From positions 1 to 41,578 of the forward strand of contig JAEORO010000100.1 in the NCBI GenBank assembly GCA_016840855.1: a DNA stretch of 41,578 nt, read 5' to 3'. The position numbers and the translations under genes were made by a program. Positions 8,383 to 18,500 of the stretch are shown here, piece by piece (positions within the stretch are counted from its first letter, which is position 1; every line of letters starts with the position of its first letter). Source of the DNA: Candidatus Thorarchaeota archaeon (GTDB lineage Archaea > Asgardarchaeota > Thorarchaeia > Thorarchaeales > Thorarchaeaceae). The notes below the pieces were generated by a model. The model worked only from the letters and a program-made list of their open reading frames with translations, was not told the DNA's origin and did no database searches.

Positions 8383-9633
8383 TCAACGGCGCTTAATAAT
8401 TAGGCTGACACTTGCAATCAAAATGACTGCGATACCAATCAAGGCATAGGTTTCTATTGGGAGGTCTAGAAGTCCCATTGGCGGCGTATATGGTGATTCA
8501 CCTTCAATAAGACCCAATGATGGATCATGAAGGATGGACCCTCCATCAAAATTAGGATATGCAAAGAAGAGTAGAAGTGCATTCCCGTCTGTCCAATAAG
8601 ATGCTGATACATCTACAATGGCTTCCGATCCATTCAGCATCGTCATCACTGCAGTGTCTAACCAACGATAAAATCCACGAGTAACATCTGTAGTGGCATC
8701 AACAAATGAGAGCTCTTGCACCACATCATCGATGCCATCATCATTTTCATCGTGGTCTTCAAACCTGTCTCCAAGATGATCCATTACCTCACTAGAGTCA
8801 TGTTCATCATCACCGGACTCCTCATGAAGTATGAAGTGGTAATCATACTCACCACTGGAAGCGACATCCTCTCTAAGATAGTTCAAAACTGCTACACTTG
8901 AGGTATTTGATAAGAATGGAAAATTACCAATCTCAATGTCAATCTTGAGTTCAACTCCTCCGAGGACGGTGTAGTTGGCTTTAATCTCTTCATTTGCAGT
9001 CACGGTCCCATTATAGTTGTCCATGAAGATGTGACCATAGAATTGCAAGGTCATAAACTTGAATCTAGAGAAGTCAAATTCAGGGTCTTCTTCCCCATCG
9101 CTGGCTAGGAGTGAGTCATTACCGTCGTCATCATAGCCCGGCATCCAATCCTTAAACCATCCATCCTCCCAATCCTCACTAAGCCCTCCTTTTGTGTAGG
9201 ACGCATAGACCTCTGTATTCTGACCTAGGTCATTGGTAATGGCACCAGTCTGAAGACTCCACTCAAAAGCGTCTAGTGGCGCGAAAGCGAGCGTTTCATT
9301 TGGTTGATACACACCATCGCCATTACTGTCCTCAAACTCAACAATCATCATGTAGCTAACCAAGAATCGACTCAGAGAACCATTCTCATCTGATGTGTAC
9401 CAATACTGATATGATGGTAGTTTGGGGTTTAGCATCACAGTCATGATATCAGTCTGTATCCATACTGTTCCGTCTGAATCGCGATGTTGTTCTGGTTCCG
9501 TATCATCGTTTGTAGAATCATCGTTTCCATCATCATCGCTAAGTGTTAAAGCGTGCACTGTGCTTGCTGATGAAATGAGTATGAATAAGATTGATAGAAG
9601 CAATGCTTTTCCAAGTAGAGTCCTTCCTTTCAA
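8383..9633 (-). CDS. Very acidic secreted protein with C-terminal membrane anchor and probable Ca-binding loops
   Basis: Signal peptide, D/E-rich tracts, EFEDSNGDGVYQPNE and DENDDGIDD loops, ELKIDIEIGNFPF and YPNF...LHDP motifs, TM helix plus KRR tail. Confidence 0.85.
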   Translation of the reverse strand: MKGRTLLGKALLLSILFILISSASTVHALTLSDDDGNDDSTNDDTEPEQHRDSDGTVWIQTDIMTVMLNPKLPSYQYWYTSDENGSLSRFLVSYMMIVEFEDSNGDGVYQPNETLAFAPLDAFEWSLQTGAITNDLGQNTEVYASYTKGGLSEDWEDGWFKDWMPGYDDDGNDSLLASDGEEDPEFDFSRFKFMTLQFYGHIFMDNYNGTVTANEEIKANYTVLGGVELKIDIEIGNFPFLSNTSSVAVLNYLREDVASSGEYDYHFILHEESGDDEHDSSEVMDHLGDRFEDHDENDDGIDDVVQELSFVDATTDVTRGFYRWLDTAVMTMLNGSEAIVDVSASYWTDGNALLLFFAYPNFDGGSILHDPSLGLIEGESPYTPPMGLLDLPIETYALIGIAVILIASVSLIIKRR

Positions 9634-10129
9634 GAATTAATTCACCGAACAATTCTTCTCATATCCATATATAATGACATTTGAGTAACCTACAGAATGA
9701 CAAGCATGAGAAGCTCTCATAAACCCCCTTTTAGACTTCTGGGTTTTATGAAACTTCAGAATACTTCATCATATTTATTCGATTGAATTTTATTCAAGAT
9801 GAAACTCAAGAATGCCCGGAATTACCATGAATGAACTTTCGTCGGTGGCGAGAAATTTACAACCTCAATTTTGCTCAAGTCATCAATGTGATGATCCTCC
9901 CCCCGATACTTGATGCGTGTCAGGTATGCTCGAGTATAAAGCCTCGTCGCCTTCATAATTCTAGGACGTTATCTGTGTAATATTAAGTGCATTGATTAGA
10001 AATCGTTAACTCTCAAAGTTTGGCGCCAATCATTGTGAATTATGACTAGTTTCTCTGTTATTGTCCGATGGGAAACATTTTATCGTGCGTTCTTAAATCG
10101 ACGCGGTATCTCTTCGGAGAGACAGAAAA

Positions 10130-13100
10130 ATGGCCGAGCCTATATCGAAACCAGTTGTCATTATTGGAGCTGGTATTTCAGGAATGCGTGCCGCACTTGA
10201 CCTTGCTGAGATGGGCATCAAGGTATATCTAATCGAGAAACGACCTTCAATTGGAGGCCACATGTCTCAGCTCGATAAGACCTTTCCCACATTAGACTGT
10301 AGTATGTGCATTCAAGGTCCATGGATGGTCGATTGTTCGCGTCATCCAAATATTGAGATTTTATCATACTCTGAGGTAACTGAGGTCACTGGCACCAAAG
10401 GTGATTTCACAGTAAAAGCACTAAAACGAACTCGACGTGTGGATGCTGAGAAATGCACCGGTTGCGGTGATTGTCAAAGAGTATGTCCAATAGAAGTACC
10501 CAATGAATATGATCTCGGTCTGAAGATGAGAAAAGCTGCGTACATTCCATTTCCACAAGCTGTTCCAAATATCGCTACCATCGATAAGGCAAACTGCATT
10601 GAGTGCATGGTCTGTGTTAAGACATGCAAGGCCGAGGCTATAAATTTCGATATTGCTGATGAAACTAGAATGATTAATGCCGGCTCAATCATTATTGCAA
10701 CTGGCTATGAACTCCTTGACCCTCTAGAAGTGTCAGAGTATGGCTATGGCCGTTTTCCAAATGTTGTGAGCGCACTAGAGTATGAACGCATGGTATCCGC
10801 CAGTGGCCCCACAGGTGGTATTGTTATGCGTCCTTCAGATGGTCGTGAACCTCATCGGATAGCATTCATTCAATGTGTTGGGTCAAGGGATATCAATCAT
10901 TGTTCGTATTGTTCAAAGATATGTTGCACATATGCAACGAAGGAGGCTATCATCACAAAGGAGCATACTCCAGAGGTCCATATTGATATCCTATATAATG
11001 ACATGCGTGCGTTTGGCAAAGGGTTTGAAGAATTTCTGGTCAGAGCTGAAACTGAGTATGATGTTCACTTTGTGAAAGGAATCCCAAGTGAAATTCAAGA
11101 AGAATATGGCACTAAGGATCTAATAGTACGTCATAGCGATGCGAAGGGTCATAATGTACTGGTAGACAACTATGATTTGGTCGTCCTATGTTCTGCAATG
11201 GTTCCTTCTTCGAGTCCTAAGTTGTTCGAACACCTAAATATCAAGACAGATACGTCTGGGTTCATACAGCCTGATTCGAATTCATTGATGATCTCTGAAA
11301 CAGGAGTGCCTGGAGTTCATATGTGCGGGGCTGTTCATATGCCCAAAGATATTCCTGATTCTGTTGCTCAGGGCAGCGCCGCTGCCGCTCTAGCAGCATT
11401 AGATATTACAATTCCACAAGGAGAAGAAACAGACGCACTCACAGAACAAGACCTGGAACTTATAGCTGCTGAGCCTCGCATTGGCGTGATCATATGTTCA
11501 TGTGGTATCAACATTGCTGGAACTGTAGATGTAGCTGAGGTAACTCACTACGCAAACAGTCTTCCAAATGTTGTCTATGCTCAAAACCTCCTCTACTCGT
11601 GTTCTTCAGATGCTCAGGTTGTCATCAAGGATGCCATCAAGGAACATAATCTCAATCGCTTAGTTGTGGCATCATGCACACCTCGGACACATGAACCGCT
11701 GTTTAGAGCAACAATCGAAGAAGCTGGACTGAACAAGTATCTATTTGAACTCGCCAATATTCGAGAACATTGCTCATGGGTCCATCAAGCAGACAAAGAT
11801 GAGGCAACTGCAAAAGCGATGGATTTAGTACGAATGTCTGTCGCGCGAGCAAAGCTCTTGGAGGCGCAAGAAGAGGCTGTAACCCAGATAGAACCCTCTG
11901 TCCTTGTGATAGGTGCTGGTGTAGCTGGAATGGCTGCAGCTGATGTGATTGCTCAAAAAGGTTTCAAGGTCTACCTTGTGGAAAAACAGGATATGGTAGG
12001 TGGTTTCCTCAACGAGCTTGCAACAGTTAATTTTGATAACAGACCTGCTTCAGAAGTAATAGCTGATTATGAGCATCGGATAAGTGAGAAAAAGAATATC
12101 CAGTTAATGCTGAACTCTGAGGTCATAGAAGCAAAGGGCTCGATCGGTGAATTTGAGGTAGTCATCAAGACTGGAAAGAAGAAAGAAACTCTAACAGTTG
12201 GTATCGTGATTGTCGCTACAGGTGCAGTTGCACTTGAAGAGAAAGGTCTCTATGGCCTGAATAAACTTCCAGAAGTCATGACCGAGGTAGAGTTCAACAA
12301 CAGGGTTGCCAAGGATGAAGATTTCGAAGACGGAGAAACCTTTGCTGTAATTCACTGTGCAGGTTCTCGTGAAGACGCATCACTCGAAGGGTCTAGAACT
12401 TGGTGTTCTGGCATATGTTGCATGGTTGCCTTAGAGCACTCCCTTGATCTCCTTGAGAAATATCCAACCTCAAGAGTCTTCCACTTCTATCGCGACCTCC
12501 GAGTCTTCTACGATGCAGAAGACAAATATCGCGAGACTCGAAAGAAGGGTGTTGTGTTTGTTAGATTTGACAAGGACTCGCCCCCTGAAGTTAAGAAAGG
12601 AAGTGAAAAAGCCCTCAGCATTAAGGTCATGGACCAAGTGTTAGGGGCAGAATTGAACATTGATGTTGATCATGTTGTACTCGCAACAGCTATGATTCCC
12701 CGACCAAACAAAGAGATTTCAGAGCTTTTCAAAGTCCCACTCAACCTGTCTGGTTTCTTTATGGAGGCGCACCCCAAACTGCGACCTGTTGATTTCCAGA
12801 CTGATGGTGTATTCGTAGCTGGTGCAGCAACTGCTCCTAAGAGTATTAGTGAATCTATTGCTCAAGGTCAGGGGGCAGCCTCACGAGCCTTAATACCTCT
12901 CATAAAAGGAATACGAAAAGCTGAAGCTATTGTATCAGTTGTTGACCCTGAAATCTGTGTAGGATGTGGAACATGTGAGATTAATTGCGCCTACAATGCA
13001 ATTGAGGTAGTCCCTGGTGATGGTGGACATGACTATGCAGTGACAAACCCTGTATTGTGCCAGGGCTGTGGAAAATGTGGCGCTGGATGTCCTGCAGGTG

Positions 13101-13585
13101 CCATTACTATGAAACACTTTACTGATGACCAGATCATAACACAGATTCGCTCTGCGCTGGAAACCATGCCTGCGAATGACTCAAGGATTCTAACAATCCT
13201 CTGTAACTGGTGCTCATATGCAGGGGCTGACAGTGCTGGGGTGTCTCGTTTTCAACAACCACCTAATGTGAGGGATATCCGAGTCATGTGTACAGGACGA
13301 GTGAGCGTGCAACACATCTTGGAGGCATTTAGACTCGGCGCTGATATGGTCTGGATTTCCGGATGTCATATCGGAGACTGTCACTATGTAGATGGCAATA
13401 TCTCATTCGAACGAAGGTATGCTATTGCCAAAAAAATAATTGAAAAAGCTGGACTTGAAACAGATCGCCTTCAGTTCACACACATCAGCGCGAGTGAAGG
13501 GTCAATCTGGGCAGAAACCGTACGACGGTTTGCAGCTCTAGCAGATAAGCTCGGCCCAAGTCCCCTGCGAACAAGGAGGCGATAA
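10130..13585 (+). CDS. hdrA: Internally duplicated HdrA fused to C-terminal MvhD
   Basis: Two Rossmann starts (GAGISG, GAGVAG), FPTLDCSMC, inserted 2x[4Fe-4S], two CxGSR...CS.ICC motifs, internal CSCG...REHCSWVH domain, C-terminal ferredoxin, then MvhD motifs CNWCSYAGAD, RVMCTGRV, GCHIGDCHY, SASEG. Confidence 0.95.
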   Translation: MAEPISKPVVIIGAGISGMRAALDLAEMGIKVYLIEKRPSIGGHMSQLDKTFPTLDCSMCIQGPWMVDCSRHPNIEILSYSEVTEVTGTKGDFTVKALKRTRRVDAEKCTGCGDCQRVCPIEVPNEYDLGLKMRKAAYIPFPQAVPNIATIDKANCIECMVCVKTCKAEAINFDIADETRMINAGSIIIATGYELLDPLEVSEYGYGRFPNVVSALEYERMVSASGPTGGIVMRPSDGREPHRIAFIQCVGSRDINHCSYCSKICCTYATKEAIITKEHTPEVHIDILYNDMRAFGKGFEEFLVRAETEYDVHFVKGIPSEIQEEYGTKDLIVRHSDAKGHNVLVDNYDLVVLCSAMVPSSSPKLFEHLNIKTDTSGFIQPDSNSLMISETGVPGVHMCGAVHMPKDIPDSVAQGSAAAALAALDITIPQGEETDALTEQDLELIAAEPRIGVIICSCGINIAGTVDVAEVTHYANSLPNVVYAQNLLYSCSSDAQVVIKDAIKEHNLNRLVVASCTPRTHEPLFRATIEEAGLNKYLFELANIREHCSWVHQADKDEATAKAMDLVRMSVARAKLLEAQEEAVTQIEPSVLVIGAGVAGMAAADVIAQKGFKVYLVEKQDMVGGFLNELATVNFDNRPASEVIADYEHRISEKKNIQLMLNSEVIEAKGSIGEFEVVIKTGKKKETLTVGIVIVATGAVALEEKGLYGLNKLPEVMTEVEFNNRVAKDEDFEDGETFAVIHCAGSREDASLEGSRTWCSGICCMVALEHSLDLLEKYPTSRVFHFYRDLRVFYDAEDKYRETRKKGVVFVRFDKDSPPEVKKGSEKALSIKVMDQVLGAELNIDVDHVVLATAMIPRPNKEISELFKVPLNLSGFFMEAHPKLRPVDFQTDGVFVAGAATAPKSISESIAQGQGAASRALIPLIKGIRKAEAIVSVVDPEICVGCGTCEINCAYNAIEVVPGDGGHDYAVTNPVLCQGCGKCGAGCPAGAITMKHFTDDQIITQIRSALETMPANDSRILTILCNWCSYAGADSAGVSRFQQPPNVRDIRVMCTGRVSVQHILEAFRLGADMVWISGCHIGDCHYVDGNISFERRYAIAKKIIEKAGLETDRLQFTHISASEGSIWAETVRRFAALADKLGPSPLRTRRR

Positions 13586-13587
13586 GA

Positions 13588-14106
13588 GTGACAGAGTCTT
13601 GGGGCCAGTTCAAGTCATTTGATGGGAAGAAGTTCAAAGCACTAGAAGCTGACTTCACAAACAAGGTTTCCAAACTGATTGGAGGTCAAGACCTAACTGC
13701 TTGCTTCCAATGTGCTAAATGCAGTGCTGGTTGTCCGGTTTCCGACAAAGTGAACATCCAAATTCATGAAGTCATGCGAATGCTTCTCTTTGGAATAAAG
13801 GAAGTTCTTGAAACTGACATGGTCTGGCTATGTTCAACATGTTATACCTGCCAAGAGCGCTGTCCGCAGGGAATTGATATCACAGACATCCTCTTTGGAT
13901 TGAAGAACATGGCTTTCAGAAAAGGAATCCGACCTTCAGGTTATGTTGGAGCACGTCAGTCACTTTATGACACTGGACGACTCTATGAACCTACTGACTG
14001 GGAACGCGATGACCTCGAGCTCGATCCTGTTCCTGAACTAAATACAGCCGATACAAAGAAACTCTTGGACAAAATGAAGCTCATGCAGTTGGAGGAGGAG
14101 GAATAA
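13588..14106 (+). CDS. hdrC: Heterodisulfide reductase subunit C, copy 3
   Basis: CFQCAKCSAGCP, WLCSTCYTCQERCP; GTG start after GGAGG. Confidence 0.92.
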   Translation: MTESWGQFKSFDGKKFKALEADFTNKVSKLIGGQDLTACFQCAKCSAGCPVSDKVNIQIHEVMRMLLFGIKEVLETDMVWLCSTCYTCQERCPQGIDITDILFGLKNMAFRKGIRPSGYVGARQSLYDTGRLYEPTDWERDDLELDPVPELNTADTKKLLDKMKLMQLEEEE

Positions 14107-14107
14107 G

Positions 14108-14983
14108 ATGACTCAGTCCTACGAGGTTTTCCTTGGATGTGCCATCCCAAGCAGGTTCAATAACTACGAATCCTCTATGCGAGCAGTAGCAAAAGAGCTT
14201 GGCGTTGAGCTATTGGATTTTGATGGAGCATCGTGCTGCGGGACTGTGGTACTCAAGTCGATTGATGAGAACAGCTGGCTCTCTCTTTCCGGACGAAATA
14301 TAGCTCTTGCAGGACAGAGAGGCCATGACATTGTTACACCCTGCAACGGGTGCTTTGGATCCTTAAAGGATACAGACCATGTACTTCATGACGATGAGTC
14401 CCACAGGAAAAAGGTCAATGCGGCACTCAAACCGTTGGGTCTTGAATATACAGGGAAGGTAAAGATTCGTCACTTCGTTGAAGTTCTCTATGATATGAAA
14501 GATGCGATTGAAAAGAAGATTACCAAGCGCTTAGATGGTCTAAAGGTTGCTTTCCATCCCGGTTGTCACCTCATTCGCCCATCTAATGTTGCGGGATTCG
14601 ATGACCCTGAACTTCCTCGAAAGGTCGACGAAATAATTGAGCTAACAGGTGCGAAGAGCGTTCATTGGGACATGAAACTTCGATGCTGTGGTTCTCCACT
14701 TCTCATTGCAAGTGAGGAAGTAGCTTCAAAAATACTTCAAGAGAAGATGATTTCAGCAAATGGCGCAGGAGCAAACTGTGTAGTCACAAACTGTCCTGCT
14801 TGTCACACTCAATTCGATATTCAACAACTAGGTCTCAAGGATGACGAAGGTAACTCTCTTGAGTTACCTGCTCTATTTGTCACTCAAGTATTAGGTATAG
14901 CAATGGGGATTGAGCCCGAACCTTTAGGGCTAGAACTAAACAGAGTTTCTCTGAATCCCATCAATGATATTCTTGGTATCTAA
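14108..14983 (+). CDS. hdrB: Heterodisulfide reductase subunit B, copy 3 (divergent type)
   Basis: GC, SCCG, CNGC, HPGCH, CCGS, CPAC; lacks the CCPAPG and GAGG signatures of copies 1 and 2. Confidence 0.92.
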   Translation: MTQSYEVFLGCAIPSRFNNYESSMRAVAKELGVELLDFDGASCCGTVVLKSIDENSWLSLSGRNIALAGQRGHDIVTPCNGCFGSLKDTDHVLHDDESHRKKVNAALKPLGLEYTGKVKIRHFVEVLYDMKDAIEKKITKRLDGLKVAFHPGCHLIRPSNVAGFDDPELPRKVDEIIELTGAKSVHWDMKLRCCGSPLLIASEEVASKILQEKMISANGAGANCVVTNCPACHTQFDIQQLGLKDDEGNSLELPALFVTQVLGIAMGIEPEPLGLELNRVSLNPINDILGI

Positions 14984-14987
14984 GTAA

Positions 14988-15563
14988 CTATTGCTGTATC
15001 TTACTATCGCCATAGAAGAGCTGTCCTAGTTTCTTCATTGCGTCCCGAACACACTCTCGCTTCCCGCTGACCTGAAGATGTCGTTCTCCATCGAGGGAGA
15101 TATTCACCATGCAGTCTTCAGCAATCTCAGAAACAATCTCAACTGGAATGTCTTCTGGGAGTTTGATACGGAAAAATCCAACCTGTTTATCTCTTGGAAT
15201 ATCTGAGATATGCACCTGTGGTTCGGGTTCGTGCTCTTTGCTCTCTTCCCTGATTGCTTTTTCGAATCGTATTTCCCAAGAATTTCTGTATTCTCGCCCC
15301 TCTTTCTCCTCAGCCCAAACCATTAGAGTATCTCGAAGTCTTTGAATTTGAATTTCCATCTCTGTCTGAAGTCTATTGTCATCCTCACACTGAGCTCCGG
15401 ATTTTATTTCACTCTCAAATGATCGAAGATACTCTAAACTCATTTTTGAGTTTCTGAGATCAGCGTATGTTAAATCTGGGATGAAGACATTTTTTTCCCT
15501 TAAAGCACCTAGCAGATCATTCAGAACTATCCATCCAGCTAGTAGTCCATCTAGTGAAGCCAA
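14988..15563 (-). CDS. DUF2096-like protein
   Basis: WIVLNDLLGALREKNVFIP...DLRNSK N-terminus and RIKLP...IAE...VSGKRECVRDAMK C-terminus resemble DUF2096 as I recall it; starts 4 nt after the hdrA2 stop. Confidence 0.7.
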   Translation of the reverse strand: MASLDGLLAGWIVLNDLLGALREKNVFIPDLTYADLRNSKMSLEYLRSFESEIKSGAQCEDDNRLQTEMEIQIQRLRDTLMVWAEEKEGREYRNSWEIRFEKAIREESKEHEPEPQVHISDIPRDKQVGFFRIKLPEDIPVEIVSEIAEDCMVNISLDGERHLQVSGKRECVRDAMKKLGQLFYGDSKIQQ

Positions 15564-15567
15564 GGTT

Positions 15568-18500
15568 TCACTCCCTCAGCATTTCCTTTGTTTCTTCTAG
15601 AATGCTTTTTTCCCGCCACCAACGAAGATCTCGTGCCCCAGTTGGACATATAGCACAGCATGCACCGCACCCCTCACAACGCATCTCGTCAGTGACACTC
15701 TTCTTAACACCTGGTTCAATTTCCGTCATTGAAACCGCATCATATGGACAAATGTCTGAGTAGTGGCAAAGGTCACATCCTACACATAGATCTTGGTCAA
15801 CCTCTGCAGTAAGAAGTTCAATCTCCACAGTACCTAAGTTCAACGGTATACATGCTTCACTTGCTGCTCCGCGAGCTTGATTAATTGAATCTCCGATGTT
15901 CTTAGCATAAGTCACACCAAGAAATACACCTGGGACAGTGGTTTCAACTGGCTTATACTTCATATGCATCTCTGCTAGAAATCCATCCTGACCTCTGTTG
16001 ATTCCCATAGCTTTTACAAATTCGTTAACATCATGAGGAGCTTCAAGTCCTAGAGCTAACACAATCATCTCTGACTTAATTTTGAAAGTTTCCTGCGCAA
16101 GTGTGTCATAAACAGTAACAATAGCCGCATCACCATCAGGGTCCTTTTCAACAGTTACAGGGTGTTCACGGTTCCATTTTAGGTAGGCAACTCCATTCTG
16201 CCTATTCTCACGCCACATCTCTTCCATGCCCTTTGCAAAAGGACGAATGTGTTCTTTGTATGCAGAGAATATCTTGATTTCTGGGAACATTTCTTTTAGC
16301 TCATGTTGCATCGCTATTGTGGCTGAACAACACACCCTTGAACAATACCTGTTACCCTCACCAGGATTCTGTCTTGACCCAACACAATGAATAAACACGG
16401 GATTCTTTGGTGGCTTCTTAATCTCTCCATTTCTCAACTTTCTTTCGAGGTCAAGAGTTGATATCACTCCAGGAACTTCGCCCCAGCCATATTCGCCTTG
16501 CTTTGGTTCATAGACATCTGTACCCACAGTAATAACCATCGAACCTATTCGATGGACTGTCAACTCGCCATTTTCTGTGTTCTTCACAGAGATGTCATAG
16601 TTGCCATATGAGCCATCTCGACTGACTACTTTTGAGTTTAGAAGGACCTGAACATGTTTGTTCTTTTTAATCTTGGATACAAGATCATCGACAATATCTT
16701 GAGCTGATTCCATGGCTGGAAACACATGATAAAGCTCATTCAATCTTCCACCAAGCTTGTCTTGCTTTTCGACAAGAATCACCTCAAAACCCTTTCTTGC
16801 AATATCAAGAGCTGCAGTCATTCCAGATACCCCGCCGCCTACAACCATTGAAACTGGTGTGACCTCGACTCTCTTGAGTGGGACAACTTCATTGTTGACT
16901 GCCTTTGCGACAGCACTTCGAATCATGTCTTGAGCTTTTTCTTGTCTTACCTCGGCATCTTCATTCACATGAACCAAAGCGAGATGCTCTCTCAGACCAA
17001 CTGGACCTACTAAATAATAACCTGATAGTCCCGCAGCCTCCAGAGCACTTCTAAATGTCGACTCGTGCTGCAGAGGGGAACAGGATCCTACAACAACACG
17101 ATTGAGCTTGTGCTCCTTGATTGCATCCGTTACAAGTTGCTGACCGGGGTCGCTACACATGAAGATATAGTCCGTTGCGTAAGCAACATTTGGGAGGTCC
17201 TTTGCCCATTCAGCAAGACCTGGTGAACTTATTTCGTTACCAATAATTCCACCACAATGACAAATGAAAACTCCGACGCGGGGTTCATCTCCGAGCTCTG
17301 CTGGAGGAATCTCAGGTACTGGTTTTGGCATAGGAACAGGCAAAATAGAATGAGCCGCCATCGCTGCCCCTTTGCCTTCGTTCACAGAATCAGTCCCATC
17401 TCTAGGACCATGAGCGCAGCCAGCTACGAATATCCCTGCCCGATTTGTTTCAAGTGCTGAGGCACTAGGATGTTTTTCCTTTATCCACCCTGCCTCATCA
17501 ACATCAATCTTGAGAATCTTTGCGAGATCTGAAGTACCTTCACTTGGACGAAAACTCGCATTTAGAACGACCATCGAAATCTTATCAATCTCGATTATCT
17601 CTCCAGATTCTGTATTTTCCATCTTGACGAATAAGTCGTGGGTGTCTGGATCCTCCTGTATTTCTGAAACTCGTCCCCGGATGAAGTTGATGCCACGATT
17701 CTTTTGCGAGTCCCAAAGGAACTCTTCTAGAGCCTTTCCTGCCGTTCGCATATCCATGTATGTATAGATGATCTCACAGTGGTCCTCTGGATAGTGCATC
17801 CTGGTTACCTGTGCAAGTTTTAGACCAAATGAACAACAGACTCGATTGCAGTGTTTGGCATATCCACTAATGTTCTCCCGCACATCTCTGCTTCCGACAC
17901 AGTTGACAAACAATATCTTCTCAGGTTCCTTTCCATCAGAAGGTCGGACCATGTGTGAATCTGTCGGACCTGTTGGGTGGCTTTGTCTGTCATACTCCAT
18001 TGTAGTAACGACGTTTGAAAATATTCCGTAACCATATTCTCCATAATCCAAAGGTCTGTACTCTTCAAAACCTGTAGCAACAACAATCGAACCCACATTA
18101 AGTTCGTACAATTTGTCTTCGTCGTCGTACATAATGCAGTCTTGGGGACATACAGATGCACAGGTTCCGCAACCAATGCAGGAATCTCTATCGATGGTTG
18201 CTATCAGTGGAATCTGTTGAGGGAAATTCATGTAGATTGCTTTTCGAAGGGAGAGTCCCTTGTCATATTCATTAGGCACCTCCACAGGACAAGAACGAAT
18301 ACACAACTGACACCCTGTGCATTTGTCTTCATTGACATAGCGAGCCTTTTTCCGAATCGTAACTGTGAAATCCCCTTCTTTTCCTGTCACCTTCTCTACG
18401 GTAGAGAGTGGATGGATAGTGATGTTTGGATGTTTGCCAACGAATGATGTGAGTGGCGTCATCACACAAGCTGAACATTCCAACGCTGGGAATATCTTGT

